The notes below the pieces were generated by a model, which had not been told where the DNA came from, ran no database searches, and was given only the letters and a program-made list of their open reading frames with translations. The position numbers and the translations under genes are program-made. A DNA stretch of 64,000 bases from Octopus vulgaris. Its lineage: Eukaryota. Position 1 is the stretch's first letter; every line of letters begins with the position of its first letter. Location of the stretch: assembly GCA_951406725.2 (NCBI GenBank), contig OX597814.1, positions 102,238,001 to 102,302,000 on the forward strand, read 5' to 3'. Of this stretch, positions 12,131-23,711 are shown one piece after another.

Positions 12131-13207
12131 AAACTCAACCAAATGTTCTAACATTACATGATAGGTCAAACGACCAATCATTAAAGATTAATGTGTGAAG
12201 CCTCCTTGCGAATATGAAAAAGCTAGTCGAACATGAAATGTCAGAACAGAAATGAGTCTTGCTACACTTTAATTATTGTATTTTCATATAATCATATCTT
12301 TATAATGTAGTTTCTTTAATAATATAAATGAAATTTGTAATATATTCATTGTTCAAGGTCGTTACTCCATTCCTCGTTTGTATACATTGTTTTGTCCACA
12401 TCATTAATATTTATAATGAGTTCGGCGTTGATACAATAAGAACCAGTTCAGCACTAAGGTCGATGCAATTGACTTACCCCTCATTCGTAATTGCTGGCCA
12501 AAATTTAAAACCAATATTTATGAACAGCGTCATAAATCTGGTACTTCATTTTTTTTCTTCTTTTATATATTTTTCAGAAATTTCAAATTAATTCTATTGA
12601 AACAATTTCTCTTGTTTGTTTCTTTTAGGATTTAAATGTTTCCTGAGAAGACATGTCAATTTAACAGCGCGGGTAAATTTAGCTAAACGAAGATTTTTCA
12701 GTTCATTATATGTCAGATCCGATCATATTTTCATATAAAAATACTTAAATATTATGTACAAATATGATCGTGTAAATATTAGGAAATTGGTGGACATGTC
12801 TGACGTTTAATGTGCTTTTATTTGCTAATCTTAGTGACGGTAGTATGAAAAGTTAAAACAGAACAGATTTCTATCAATTACTGTCACCATGTCAATACAC
12901 AGACAAACTAGCTCACTCGCTCCCTTAATGTGGATATATTACACATACACATTAACACAAATGTGCATATGTGTGTGATTGTGTATATGTGTGTGAATGT
13001 GTGTTTTGTATGCATACATACATACACAGATACACACACACAAGTATAGATGTATGAACATATGAATGTGTATACCATTTGTATATATACAGTTAGTATC
13101 TATACACTCAAACATATGTACATATATATATATAAGGTTAATCCAAACGGGAAGACAGAAAAAACAACAACACGTGGAACAATTACAGTATTATTATTAT
13201 TAGGCGC

Positions 13208-13260
<53 letters not shown>

Positions 13261-14376
13261 GTAAACGTGTGTGTGCGCGTTTGTGATATTTGTGTAACAT
13301 GTGCGTGTATGGTATATAGTGTATGATGTATAAAGCATTGTCAACTGAAAGCTGCGAGTGACATTGTTTATTATCAAACATCGAAGCATTTATTATGTGG
13401 TTGAACGACCAGCATATGATGGACAACATCATTGCAAAACTACCACCACCACCACCACCACCACTACCACCCACCCAAAAAATAAAATGTTTTAACCTAG
13501 AATAAATATGTCATGACTCATGACTCAACAGACTCAATACATATATTCACACTCACACACACACTCTCTCTCTCCCTCTCCCTCTCTCTCTCCCTCTCTA
13601 TTGGCTCTTTCATTAACATTTGTATTCAATTAATTGACGCCAGTTGATGTCTGACAATAGAAAAGAAAATGGCTTTCTGTTTGTGAATATGACACAAATG
13701 TATGCATACAAGACTTCACATAACATCACTTGCATAAAGCGGAGTGCCTCCTCGCTTAAAAACTCTTTTCCAAATCGAAACATAGGAAAGGTTTTCCTAG
13801 TTTGCATACTAAATACAATCAATGCTTCATATCTGTGTAAGAAACCACATATCACACACACACACACATACACACACACACGCACACATGTATTATATTA
13901 TATTATATTATATTACGGAAAGAAACGCTTGGGCACAGCTGTTTGGACGCTGACGATTTAGCACGGCTCACTGGACATTCAGCCTAGTTTAGTAACAGGG
14001 CTTTTGGCGTTGGAGGCAAGCACATACGCAGGCGCGGACGCAGAAATATACATATACAGATAGAAAGTGTGAGTGAGTGTGTGAGAGAGAGAAAGAAAGA
14101 GAGAGAGAATAGGGGGGCGGCGGGAGGAAGAGAAGGACAAATTATAAATATTAAAATGAGAGTATTTAAACGTCTTATGGTAGGAAACGCTCATGAGAGA
14201 TGAACAGCAGAAGGGCTTCTGAGAAGAAACCCGCACTCAGGCAAGTGCTTCGGACCTTAACTTGGAATCCCCCCCCCAAAAAAAAACATCACAGTTACTT
14301 AGAATTTCAGGTAACTGTCCATCAGTCAGTCGTGAGCACACACACGCACGCGCATGCTTGCATACATGTATACGTA

Positions 14377-14420
<44 letters not shown>

Positions 14421-14433
14421 GTATATATATATA

Positions 14434-14486
<53 letters not shown>

Positions 14487-14495
<9 letters not shown>

Positions 14496-15489
14496 GTAGA
14501 AAAATACAAACTGGGACAAGAACATAAAACATTTAGAAGACGATACAAAAAACACGAATGGGACATTCGAAGCCTTCAATCTTCAGTCAAGAACCGGGTC
14601 ATCCTCGCAATTTCGGCTGATTAATCTTGAGATCGCTCCGATCCGGCCAGCCCCAAGGAAAAACTAAGCTACGAGCATTAGATTTCTTGGAAAAAGGATC
14701 GAATGTATACGAAACAAGGACGAAAAAACGACGATGCCACACGAATATAAATACAAAACACAATAATAGTAATAACAGGACAAAAACAGCGGGTGTCTTA
14801 CGACTATAGACAGTACAACTTAGTTTAGCTGGCGTATTTGGAAAAAAAATGCCTTTTTCGGCAAACGAAGAAAACGATGTTCTCGTGGCGCTGGTCAGAA
14901 GCCGAAAGGCTGGTTGACCAGCGGTCACGTGAGAGGAGAAGAGAGAGAAAAAAAGGGGGCAAAGGAATCAAAGAGAGAGAAAAAAAGGGGGCAAAGGAAT
15001 CAAAGAGAGAGAGAAAAAGAGGTACGAAGGCACCAAAGGGGGGAGAAGAGAGAGAAAGAAGGAATTAAAGAGGGGAGAAGAAAGAGAGCGTGCCAAGGAT
15101 TTGCTTGGCGACAGAATCAGTGAGGTGCAAAGTGAGAAAGACAGAGAAATGTGGGAGAGTGGGGGAAGAGGAGACCAAAGAATCAGAGGCAAGAAAAGAG
15201 AAAAGGAGGAGAAGTAGAGAGAGAGAGAGAGAGAGAAAGAGACAGATCAAAGTAGACTGCAAAGTGTGAAAGGCAGAGAAATGTAGGAGAGAGAGACAGT
15301 GCTATAGAGTCGTACCAAATTTAAAGAAATATGTACATACATACAAGGCCAAAGAGGGTACGGGCGTCGCTATATATATTATTATATGTAGAAAAATACA
15401 AACTGGGACAAGAACGTAAAACATTTAGAAGACGATACAAAAAACACGGACGGGACATTCGAAGCCTTCAATCTTCAGTCAAGAACCGG

Positions 15490-15494
<5 letters not shown>
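14487..15494 (-). mobile_element. Non-autonomous Penelope-like element (family B) with partial tandem terminal repeats
   Basis: Direct repeat of about 115 bp at 14487-14601 and 15378-15494. Non-coding purine-rich interior. Flanked by (TTA)n and (TA)n. Homologous to family A. Confidence 0.65.
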
Positions 15495-15543
<49 letters not shown>

Positions 15544-15719
15544 TTTAAAATAGGATAAAATCTTTATAAGAATTTATGAAGTAGTTAGCATGAAAAACCT
15601 CATAAGAGAAAAATTTACCAATTTTTCTCTTAAATATATTTATTTATATTATATTATAATGCCGTCTATATAATATAATATAATATTATATTATATTTTA
15701 TATATATATATACATATAT

Positions 15720-16006
15720 CACGTGATCACGTGACCGACCAGTCCATCAGATGTAGTTACACATCACTGGTCACAATGCGTTCGCATTGTTTTAGCCTTC
15801 GAATGACGCCACCCCGCTGGCTAAGCGACCAGGTCAACAGAAGAAAGAGTGGGAGAAAGAGTCGTGAAAGAGTACAGCAGGGATCACCACCCCCTGCCGG
15901 AGCATCGTGGAGCTTTTAGGTGTTTTCGCTCAATAAACACTCACAACGCCCGGTCTGGGAATCGAAACCGCGAGTCCGCTGCCCTAACCACTGAGCTATT
16001 GCGCCT

Positions 16007-16010
<4 letters not shown>
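15720..16010 (-). mobile_element. tRNA-derived SINE family 3 (octopus OR1-like)
   Basis: Minus strand begins gtggaggcgcaatagctcagtggttagggcagcggactcgcggtttcgattccc (A and B boxes), followed by a non-tRNA body. Confidence 0.8.
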
Positions 16011-16053
<43 letters not shown>

Positions 16054-16119
16054 ATATATACATGTAGATGTAGGTACGTACATATATGTTTGTATGTATG
16101 CATATATTTTTATTTATCT

Positions 16120-16152
<33 letters not shown>

Positions 16153-16154
<2 letters not shown>

Positions 16155-16330
16155 CAATAAAGGGTTTAGCAACGAATTGCCTTTGTTGAAGGAAGCAACC
16201 CTTTGTTGCTAAACCCTTTATTGCTTAGTATTACTTAAATTTTCCTCGAATGAGGCTTTTACATGCCGAAGACTACTTGGTGTAATTGATAATTATTCCA
16301 AATTAATTAATTTCACCCTTCATTATTACG
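16153..16330 (+). mobile_element. Hairpin-capped short repeat within (TA)n
   Basis: Perfect 21-bp inverted repeat 16153-16173/16205-16225, then a tail similar to 20085-20150. Confidence 0.6.
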
Positions 16331-16335
16331 GATAA

Positions 16336-16384
<49 letters not shown>

Positions 16385-16390
16385 CATATA

Positions 16391-17704
16391 CAGGGTGCGT
16401 CAATTTTTTAAGATCATTTGTATGAATTTAGAAAAAGACGCACAGCTCAGCAAAGAAAAGTTTTATTTGAAAACCAATTATCTTGAGAATCCTTTTATCA
16501 CATCTTTTCAATAAATTCACCGTTAGCATCAATGGCTGCTTCAGTATGATGTCGGAAGCGTTGACATACCCGAATCAGAAGATCTTTATAAATTCGGGAC
16601 ATTATGCTATTTAAGCCGGACTTCAGAGATAGTATAGTATTATGGGGGTGTTGATTGACCTCTCTCTCGCCTACACTTCATAGGTAATAGTCCAGTGCAT
16701 TGAGGAAAATCATGTCTGGGAGAACAGGATCGTGACACTGGCACGCATCCACACTTGGACTGTTCTAGTCTTATGAGACGGCGCACAGTCTTGTTGGAAG
16801 ACGTATGGTCTTGCTGGAAGATGTATGGTCTTGCTGGAAGACGTATGATCTAGCTGGAAGACGTATGGTTTTGCTGGTAGACGTATGATCTTGCTGGAAG
16901 ACTATGGTTTTGCTGGAAGACGTATGGTCTTCCATTGCATACTCTCTTTACATGAACTCAACTTCCTTCAACATCTCTGTGTAGATAGCGGCATTGATTG
17001 TTAAGCTTTGTGGAAAAAAGTGAGGGGGCATGACACCTCCTTCATTGCTGATGACTCCCAGAACCATGACAAATGCCGTGAATTTAGTTTGCATGACCGA
17101 TGGAACCTCATTTTGGGTCTGTAAATCAATCTGTTGTTATTTTGGTTTACCTTTTGGTCCCAATCGTAGTTTTTTCCCTTCAAAGAAAAACCAAAGCACT
17201 CCAGCTTCTTGGTGTTTTAACTTGCTTAGCAAGCACCTACCACGGATCGAACGCTTCTCTTATCGCACCTGACATAAACTGACACCTCCGCATCACATCA
17301 CGTACTGAATATCCTTATGCACAACTCATCTGATTGTGCTTTCTGAAACTTTGAGTTCCTTTTCAATGATTCTAATTGACTTTTCGGGGATTTTATTGAT
17401 TATTTCTCGGACTATTTGTATAGAATTATGTGTTCTGATCCTATTAGGACCATCTGCATGCGTTTTGCGTTTAGCTGCTAATGTTGGGTCCCGTCAGCAA
17501 TTTCAGCTCCTTTCAACCTTTGACAACGAAGGATCGGATATCTTTCAGGAAGCGAGCTATTTCTGTATCACTTTACTGCACTTTTAAGGCAACGATTGTA
17601 GAGTGCTTTTTCATATGTTGAGTTAACCTGATGTCTGATATTATTTATCTGAAAAGTAAGGTAAAAAAAACACATGAAGAAAGAGCTCTTGAAATAGGTG
17701 TCCT

Positions 17705-17705
<1 letters not shown>
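16391..17705 (-). mobile_element. Decayed Tc1/mariner DD37D (maT-like) transposon
   Basis: One end is TA-cagggtg. Minus-strand peptides VMVLGVISNEGGVMPPHFF and RPYVFQQDCAPSH. Many frameshifts, and the far end is uncertain. Confidence 0.8.
16789..16931. repeat. 20-bp tandem minisatellite, 7 units
   Basis: Consensus tcttgctggaagacgtatgg, contiguous units without spacers. Confidence 0.95.
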
Positions 17706-17771
<66 letters not shown>

Positions 17772-17804
17772 TAATAAAATAGAACATATGCGTATATATA
17801 AACA

Positions 17805-18010
17805 TATATGTACGTACCTACCTCTACATGTACATATACACGCATATATGTGTACAGGACACCAAAAAGACGTCGAACATATAGAGAGACGAAAAACATA
17901 GACACAAACCAAGGAACAGGACAAGCAAAAAAAGGGATACAAGACAATTAGCACAACGAAAAATCCCCTTCTTCAGTCGCTAAGGTTTCATCTATTCTAC
18001 GTTTCGAAGG
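17805..18010 (-). mobile_element. Penelope-like terminal repeat fragment (family C)
   Basis: Minus strand reads cgaaac...actgaagaagggg followed by a GT/pyrimidine-rich tail. Bounded by (TA)n on both sides. Confidence 0.55.
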
Positions 18011-18078
18011 ATATATATATATATATATATATATACATGTTTGTGTGAATATATGTAAATGTGTATACACACAAAAAC

Positions 18079-18129
<51 letters not shown>

Positions 18130-18184
18130 ACCATACATTTATATATTTGTATGTATATGCATAGGTGGTTGTGTTGAATGTGCT

Positions 18185-18300
18185 TGATGTACCCTTATCA
18201 GGCGGGTAGTCATGAAGAGTATACTGGCCTTCGTATATTAGTACTCCAGTATCACTTTGATGGCATGCGCTGCTCTGCCACTCAATGATAATAATAATGA
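18185..18300 (+). mobile_element. Retroposon 3' tail ending in (TAA)n
   Basis: Reverse complement of 33996-34090 (gtacccttatcagrcgggtagtcatga...tcactttgatgg...ctgctct). Confidence 0.75.
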
Positions 18301-18329
18301 TGATGACGACGATGATTCAACGGATAAGG

Positions 18330-18725
18330 AGCTAGACCCTACACAACCATAATAGACAAGGAAAAGCTAAGTTGTTTACTAATTGATCCATCATGTCCGT
18401 TTGATTCCAGGATTATAAAGAAGGAAGATGGAAAAAATACATTCCCTTAAATTTTGAAATTGCAAAAATTTGGAATATGGAAACTGTAAGGGTTGTGTCT
18501 TTAATAATTGGTGCAGTGGGAGGTGTAAGTAAAGATATAGAGAGATGGTTGAAAGAGATTGGAATAAAATGTCCTGTAGAACTTCTGTAGAAAGTTTGCC
18601 CCTTAGGGACAGGAAAGATTATCAGGGGCGTTTTAAGCACTTGAAAGACTATTGGAAGCTTGTGCTACCTACATAAATTCTCTAGAAATAAGAACGAACT
18701 TGGATCAAATAACCACTATTAATAA
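18330..18725 (+). mobile_element. 3' fragment of an RLE-type non-LTR retrotransposon (R4/Dong-like)
   Basis: LLIDPSCPFD...IIGAVGGVSKDIERWLKEIGI...LGTGKIIRGVLST matches the restriction-like endonuclease C-terminus. Flanked by TAA repeats. Confidence 0.75.
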
Positions 18726-19070
18726 TAATCCTTTCTACTACAGGTCAAGGCCTGAAATCCCCAAGATTCAACGCTGCCTTCATTTACGCAATTTTCCCAA
18801 CTTACCTCTACCTACTCCATTTGGAATTGTACAAAGGGCAGCAAGTTGTTCGCCATTCCTTACATTTTTTTTCTCCCAATTTTCAAATCGTAATATCATA
18901 TGTGTCGAACATATAAGATTACAATTAAGAAAAAATTCCGCAAATTCAGTACATTAACTCATATCACCTACGCACCCTTGTAAAACTCTACTAAATATTT
19001 CAGACTTCCCGTGTCTATAGAAATAATGTCGACGAGTGTGAATTTTATAGATGTACTTGACATTAAGTCC

Positions 19071-19073
<3 letters not shown>

Positions 19074-19153
<80 letters not shown>

Positions 19154-19307
19154 TACATATATATATATACATATATACATATATATACACATATATATAT
19201 ATGTACATACACATATATATTACATATATATATATATATACACACAAACATATATGTATATACGTGTGTATATAAATGTATGCATATTAATATATATTAA
19301 TATATAT

Positions 19308-19357
<50 letters not shown>

Positions 19358-19383
19358 TGTGTGTATATATACATGTGTATATA

Positions 19384-19430
<47 letters not shown>
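19074..19430. repeat. Complex (TA)n microsatellite
   Basis: Direct inspection. Confidence 0.95.
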
Positions 19431-20150
19431 AATTCTATAATTATGAGTATAATTATAATTAGGGTTCAGCAAAATTTACTTCACCACATACCGAAATTTA
19501 GAAATAGCAGTTAAAATACTATTCTACTACCATAAGATATTTCCCAGACAGCAATGCTCAACAACTCACGCAGGTAAGGAGGAAAAAATAACAAATCTCT
19601 CCCTGATAGTAAACTGCAGTTTCTGCGGAATTTTACTCGTTGGCACACGTGGGTGAGTGAGGAGAAATACGAGATCTCATTCGTCTGTTTGGATTCGGAA
19701 GTACTGGCCTTTGGATATATGCTGTTTGATGTCGCTTGGTCAAATACGTATGTTAGTTATCAGTGCTCTCAAATCTAAAATTTGAAATACTGTACTGATG
19801 GAGAGAATGAGTGAGTAGAAATATGATTTTACATTTTTCACATCTCTCTAACTCCGAAACGTGTATACAGTTAATCAGAGCCGGGTGGAATCGTTATTTT
19901 TTTTTTCTCTTTACCTGCGTGAGTTGTTGAATATTGCTGTCTGGGAGATATCTTATTGTAGTAGAATAGTAGTTTAACTGCTATTTCTAAATTTCGGTAT
20001 GTGGTGAAGCAAATTTTGCTGAACCCTAATTATAATTATACTCATAATTATAGAATTTTTGTATAAGTTTACAGATAATGGTTCTTTTAACATGCCGAAC
20101 TACTTGGTAAAATTATTAATTATTAATTAATTCATTAATTTTACCCTTTA
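19431..20150 (+). mobile_element. Fold-back Penelope-like terminus with 147-bp inverted arms
   Basis: 19431-19577 is the near-perfect reverse complement of 19911-20057. The spacer holds a hammerhead-like motif. Confidence 0.7.
19789..19871 (+). ncRNA. Candidate type I hammerhead ribozyme (variant or decayed)
   Basis: Stem I actgta/tacagt, CTGATG box, long stem II (gagagaatg/catctctc), CGAAA, minimal stem III and a GUA triplet. Core A9 is missing. Confidence 0.55.
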
Positions 20151-20167
20151 TTATTATTATTGATAAT

Positions 20168-20822
20168 ATATATAACAAAACGAGAAAGAGAAAATGGAAT
20201 CCACGAGGTACTTTATTGATAACAACGATCGTTTCCACCCATCTTGCATCGATCTCTCGCAGGTGAGATCCTGGACAATTCGTGTGGGGTATCCGTCGGT
20301 GTAGATGTGTCTCCTCAGGTGGCTTTTCAAAAGGTCCCTTGCTCAATAAACTCGGTTTCGCTGGGTTCGATTACAATGCATTTCGTTATTTTCCCGTAGC
20401 TGGCTGCATACGGGTTTCGTGGTTTGGAATGACACGAAATGGATACATTTCATTTCTTTTTATACAGGTAATGGTAATTGTGATTTATTTACGATCAACT
20501 ATATGCAGGTCTGTTACTTATATATATAAAAAAAAAGAACTGTATCCATTCCATGTCATTCGAAACCACAGAACTCCGTATGCAACTAGCTACAGGGGAA
20601 TATCAAAATGCATTATAATTAAACCAAGCAAAACCGAGTTTATTGAGCGAGGGACTTTTGTGAAAAGTCATCTGACACGATACATCTGCATCGATGGATG
20701 ACCCACAGCCAGTTGTCCAGAATCTCACCCGCGAGAGGACGATGAAAGATGGGTCGAAACGATCGTTGTGATCAATGAAGTATCTCGTGAATTCCATTCT
20801 GTTCTCGCTTTTGTCATATATT
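20168..20822. repeat. Long diverged inverted repeat (arms about 290 bp, spacer about 65 bp)
   Basis: 20168-20460 is colinear with the reverse complement of 20528-20822, for example ctcaataaactcggttt / aaaccgagtttattgag. Confidence 0.9.
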
Positions 20823-20950
20823 TAACGGTCACTGAGGAAATCCTGAAGTAAATCCAGTGGCATTTATGTCCATAATGTTGATGACATCAGGTAGTCACAG
20901 ACAGCGAATGTGCTTTGACATACTACCAGGTGTATACACAAGTCTAAAAT

Positions 20951-21027
<77 letters not shown>

Positions 21028-21317
21028 AGCATATTTAATATCTAGCGGACTCGAAGGTAAATGTGGTAATAATCATTTTTATCATAAGAAAAAGAAATAT
21101 CTTCTTAGTAGATGTGTCTATGTAAATTATGACATTTTTATGAATACCAATGAAATTCTATATACTTATATAGTTTTTTTTCCCCACACTTAAACACATG
21201 ACAGAAATATTTTTTAAGCTTGTCTCGTTTGATTTCTTTCAACATCAGAAGCGACCTACTTATAGTTTCTATTAAGACAGAATAAACATACACGCGCGCG
21301 TGCGTGCACCTATATAC

Positions 21318-21737
21318 TTTTCATCTTTTTCTTGCTTCAGTCATTGGATTGCAGTCATGCGGGGGCACCGCCTTAAAGACTTTCAGTCGAATGAATCGAC
21401 CGCAGTACATTTTGTTTTCTTTTCCAATTAAACCTGGTACTTATTCTCTCGGTCTCTTTTGCTTCACTGCTAAGCTACGGGAACGTAAACTCACCAACAC
21501 CGGTGGGGAACAAACACAGACACAAAGATGCTCGCGCGCGTGCACACGCATGCACATATATATATATATATACAAAGGGCTTCTTTCAGTTTCCATCTAC
21601 TAAATCCATTCACAAGGCTTCAGTGGGCCCATGACTATAATAGTATAAGACTCTTGCCCAAGGTGTCACGCAATGCGACTGAACCCGGAATCAGGTAATT
21701 GGGAAGCAAGTTTCTTACTACACAGTGAAATCTGCGC
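21318..21737 (-). mobile_element. SINE family 2, diverged copy
   Basis: Colinear with 11150-11544. Confidence 0.8.
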
Positions 21738-21741
21738 TTAT

Positions 21742-21804
<63 letters not shown>

Positions 21805-21805
<1 letters not shown>

Positions 21806-22880
21806 TAGCTGGTGTACTCGGTAATTCCTGGGAGTAAAGATGTTCTATTGAAACGCCTTATTACTCTGATATAAGAAGGCCATTTCCTTATAACTACCAC
21901 AAAAAGTGTATTTTCCGTCACGAAAAAGTACAAAGAACTGTCAGCTGGAGGAGAGAAAGATTATCGGAAGTTGGTGAGAGAGGTTGTTGGAGATTGGCGA
22001 GAGACAAAGACATTATTCTGCTTAGCGAATGCATCTGCGAAATGTATAACTCCTGTCATTCACAGAAAAACTATTGTTTTATCGCGAGAAAAGCGCTGTT
22101 GAAGTGTTAAGTGAAAATTGGCAATCGAGGATCAAATCCACGCTATGCCTTCATGAAGCCACTACAAATATGTTGAGGAATAAAAAAATTTATCAGCTGT
22201 CATGGAAAAAGTGTAACTGTAAAAATGCAGAATTATTGGAGTAATGGGCATTCCGAAAAGTATGTATGTATAGAAATGTATGTATGAAGTCTTTAATGTT
22301 TAAGAATCGAATTAAGGAGGTGCAATAATAATGTTTAGCAGTTAAGAAATGTGATTAGTGAATTGCAGAATTAGGTCGGCTGATCGTGAGAATCAAATAT
22401 TGATCGCTTCGCTAAAATCTGCAGGAGGTATGGGTTATTTCCTTTGGTTAGTTTAAATAAATATTAGTAATATGTAGTAGATAGAAGGCTCCATTGGAAG
22501 GACCCTATTATCGATTTTTTTTCAACAATTTAAGTATGTCACGAGGTTTCAAGACATGGGTTCTATTCATGTGTTCATAAAGTATAAAAGTGATATTGTC
22601 TGCAAAAATTAGAAATAGGACATACAAAAAATCAGTATTCAAAGTAATCGAACAATGAAATGGGTTATTTCCCTTGAGTGTTTAAAAAATAGTTATATGA
22701 GGTAGATATGAAGGTCCCTACTAGTGGCCATATTATCGATTTTTTCAACAATCTATGTCACGAGGTTTCCAGGCATGAGTTGTACTCACGTGTCAAGTTT
22801 CATCAAAATCAATGAAACGATGTAGGAGGAATTAGCTAACAACGCCACAAACAAACACACACCGATTTTCACCATATGTA
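21805..22880 (-). mobile_element. Non-autonomous Helitron
   Basis: Minus-strand 3' end cccaggaattaccgagtacaccagCTAG-t matches 63325-63351. Internal duplication at about 22430-22580/22660-22790. Confidence 0.7.
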
Positions 22881-23384
22881 GTGTGTGTGTGTGCGCGCGC
22901 GCGCGTGTGTGTGTATGTGTGTGTATTCCATTCCCCGACCAGACGATGTGTTGGTTTCTCGAAGAAAATATTTCATTTCATGTTCCTTTGCGATCATTTC
23001 GACATCTGACGCGTGGCAAACTTATGCATTTGTACAGGCAATATTGATTTGATGGAAAGATGAAGCTGATGTGAACACTAACATCTGATCACTATAAACG
23101 AAGCATCTGTGTGGTTGTTCAGCAAGAAATTGCGGAACTCTCATCCGTCATTTAACGACGGGAGACTCCGTAATACATACACACATCTCTCTCTGTCCCC
23201 TACCTCTTTCTTTCTTATGTGGTGAGCATCGCAATTCACTCACTCAGCTAGTTTTGAGCTGGAAAGACTTAACTGTGGCTGATTTTCTTTTTCTTTATGA
23301 GCGCCATGAATCTCTCTGTTGTAGATGGCGTAAGTGATGTAAGATCTGATGATTTTGTTAGTCACCATAGTAATTAATACTTAA

Positions 23385-23460
23385 ACATACATACATACAT
23401 ACATACATACATACATACATACATACATACATACATACATACATACATACATACATACAT

Positions 23461-23495
<35 letters not shown>

Positions 23496-23553
23496 GGTAA
23501 GTAGGTAGGTAGGTAGGTAGGTATGTAGGTAGGTAGGTAGGTAGGTAGGTAGG

Positions 23554-23622
<69 letters not shown>
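23385..23622. repeat. Compound tetranucleotide microsatellite (ACAT)(ACAG)(GTAG)(ATAG)
   Basis: Direct inspection. Confidence 0.95.
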
Positions 23623-23624
<2 letters not shown>

Positions 23625-23711
23625 AAGGATGGGTGCAGACGAGGCCGTGGTGAGAAGCTTGCAAGTAAGAAACATGGTTCCGGATTCAGTCAACTGTAGC
23701 TTTGGAGAAGG

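Noticed and set aside
12629-12672. 44-nt exon candidate (ttcttttag...gtaaat)
   Set aside because: Splice-like signals only, with no coding or homology support.
14555-14710. HDV-like, twister or pistol ribozyme assignment for the family A/B motif
   Set aside because: CGAAU and a pseudoknot-like pairing are present, but the HDV P3/L3/P1.1 and the twister or pistol conserved nucleotides could not be placed.
15940-16010. tRNA genes at SINE heads (also 8478 and 30700)
   Set aside because: A and B boxes are present, but there is no complete cloverleaf and each continues into a repeated SINE body.
16789-16931. CRISPR-like repeat array
   Set aside because: Units are contiguous with no spacers, derive from transposase sequence, and there are no cas genes in this eukaryotic context.
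19011-19514. Long ORFs rich in YI, CV, HT or MYVC (also at 5870, 10696, 13100, 23358, 24937, 33706, 57929)
   Set aside because: They are stop-free translations of microsatellites.
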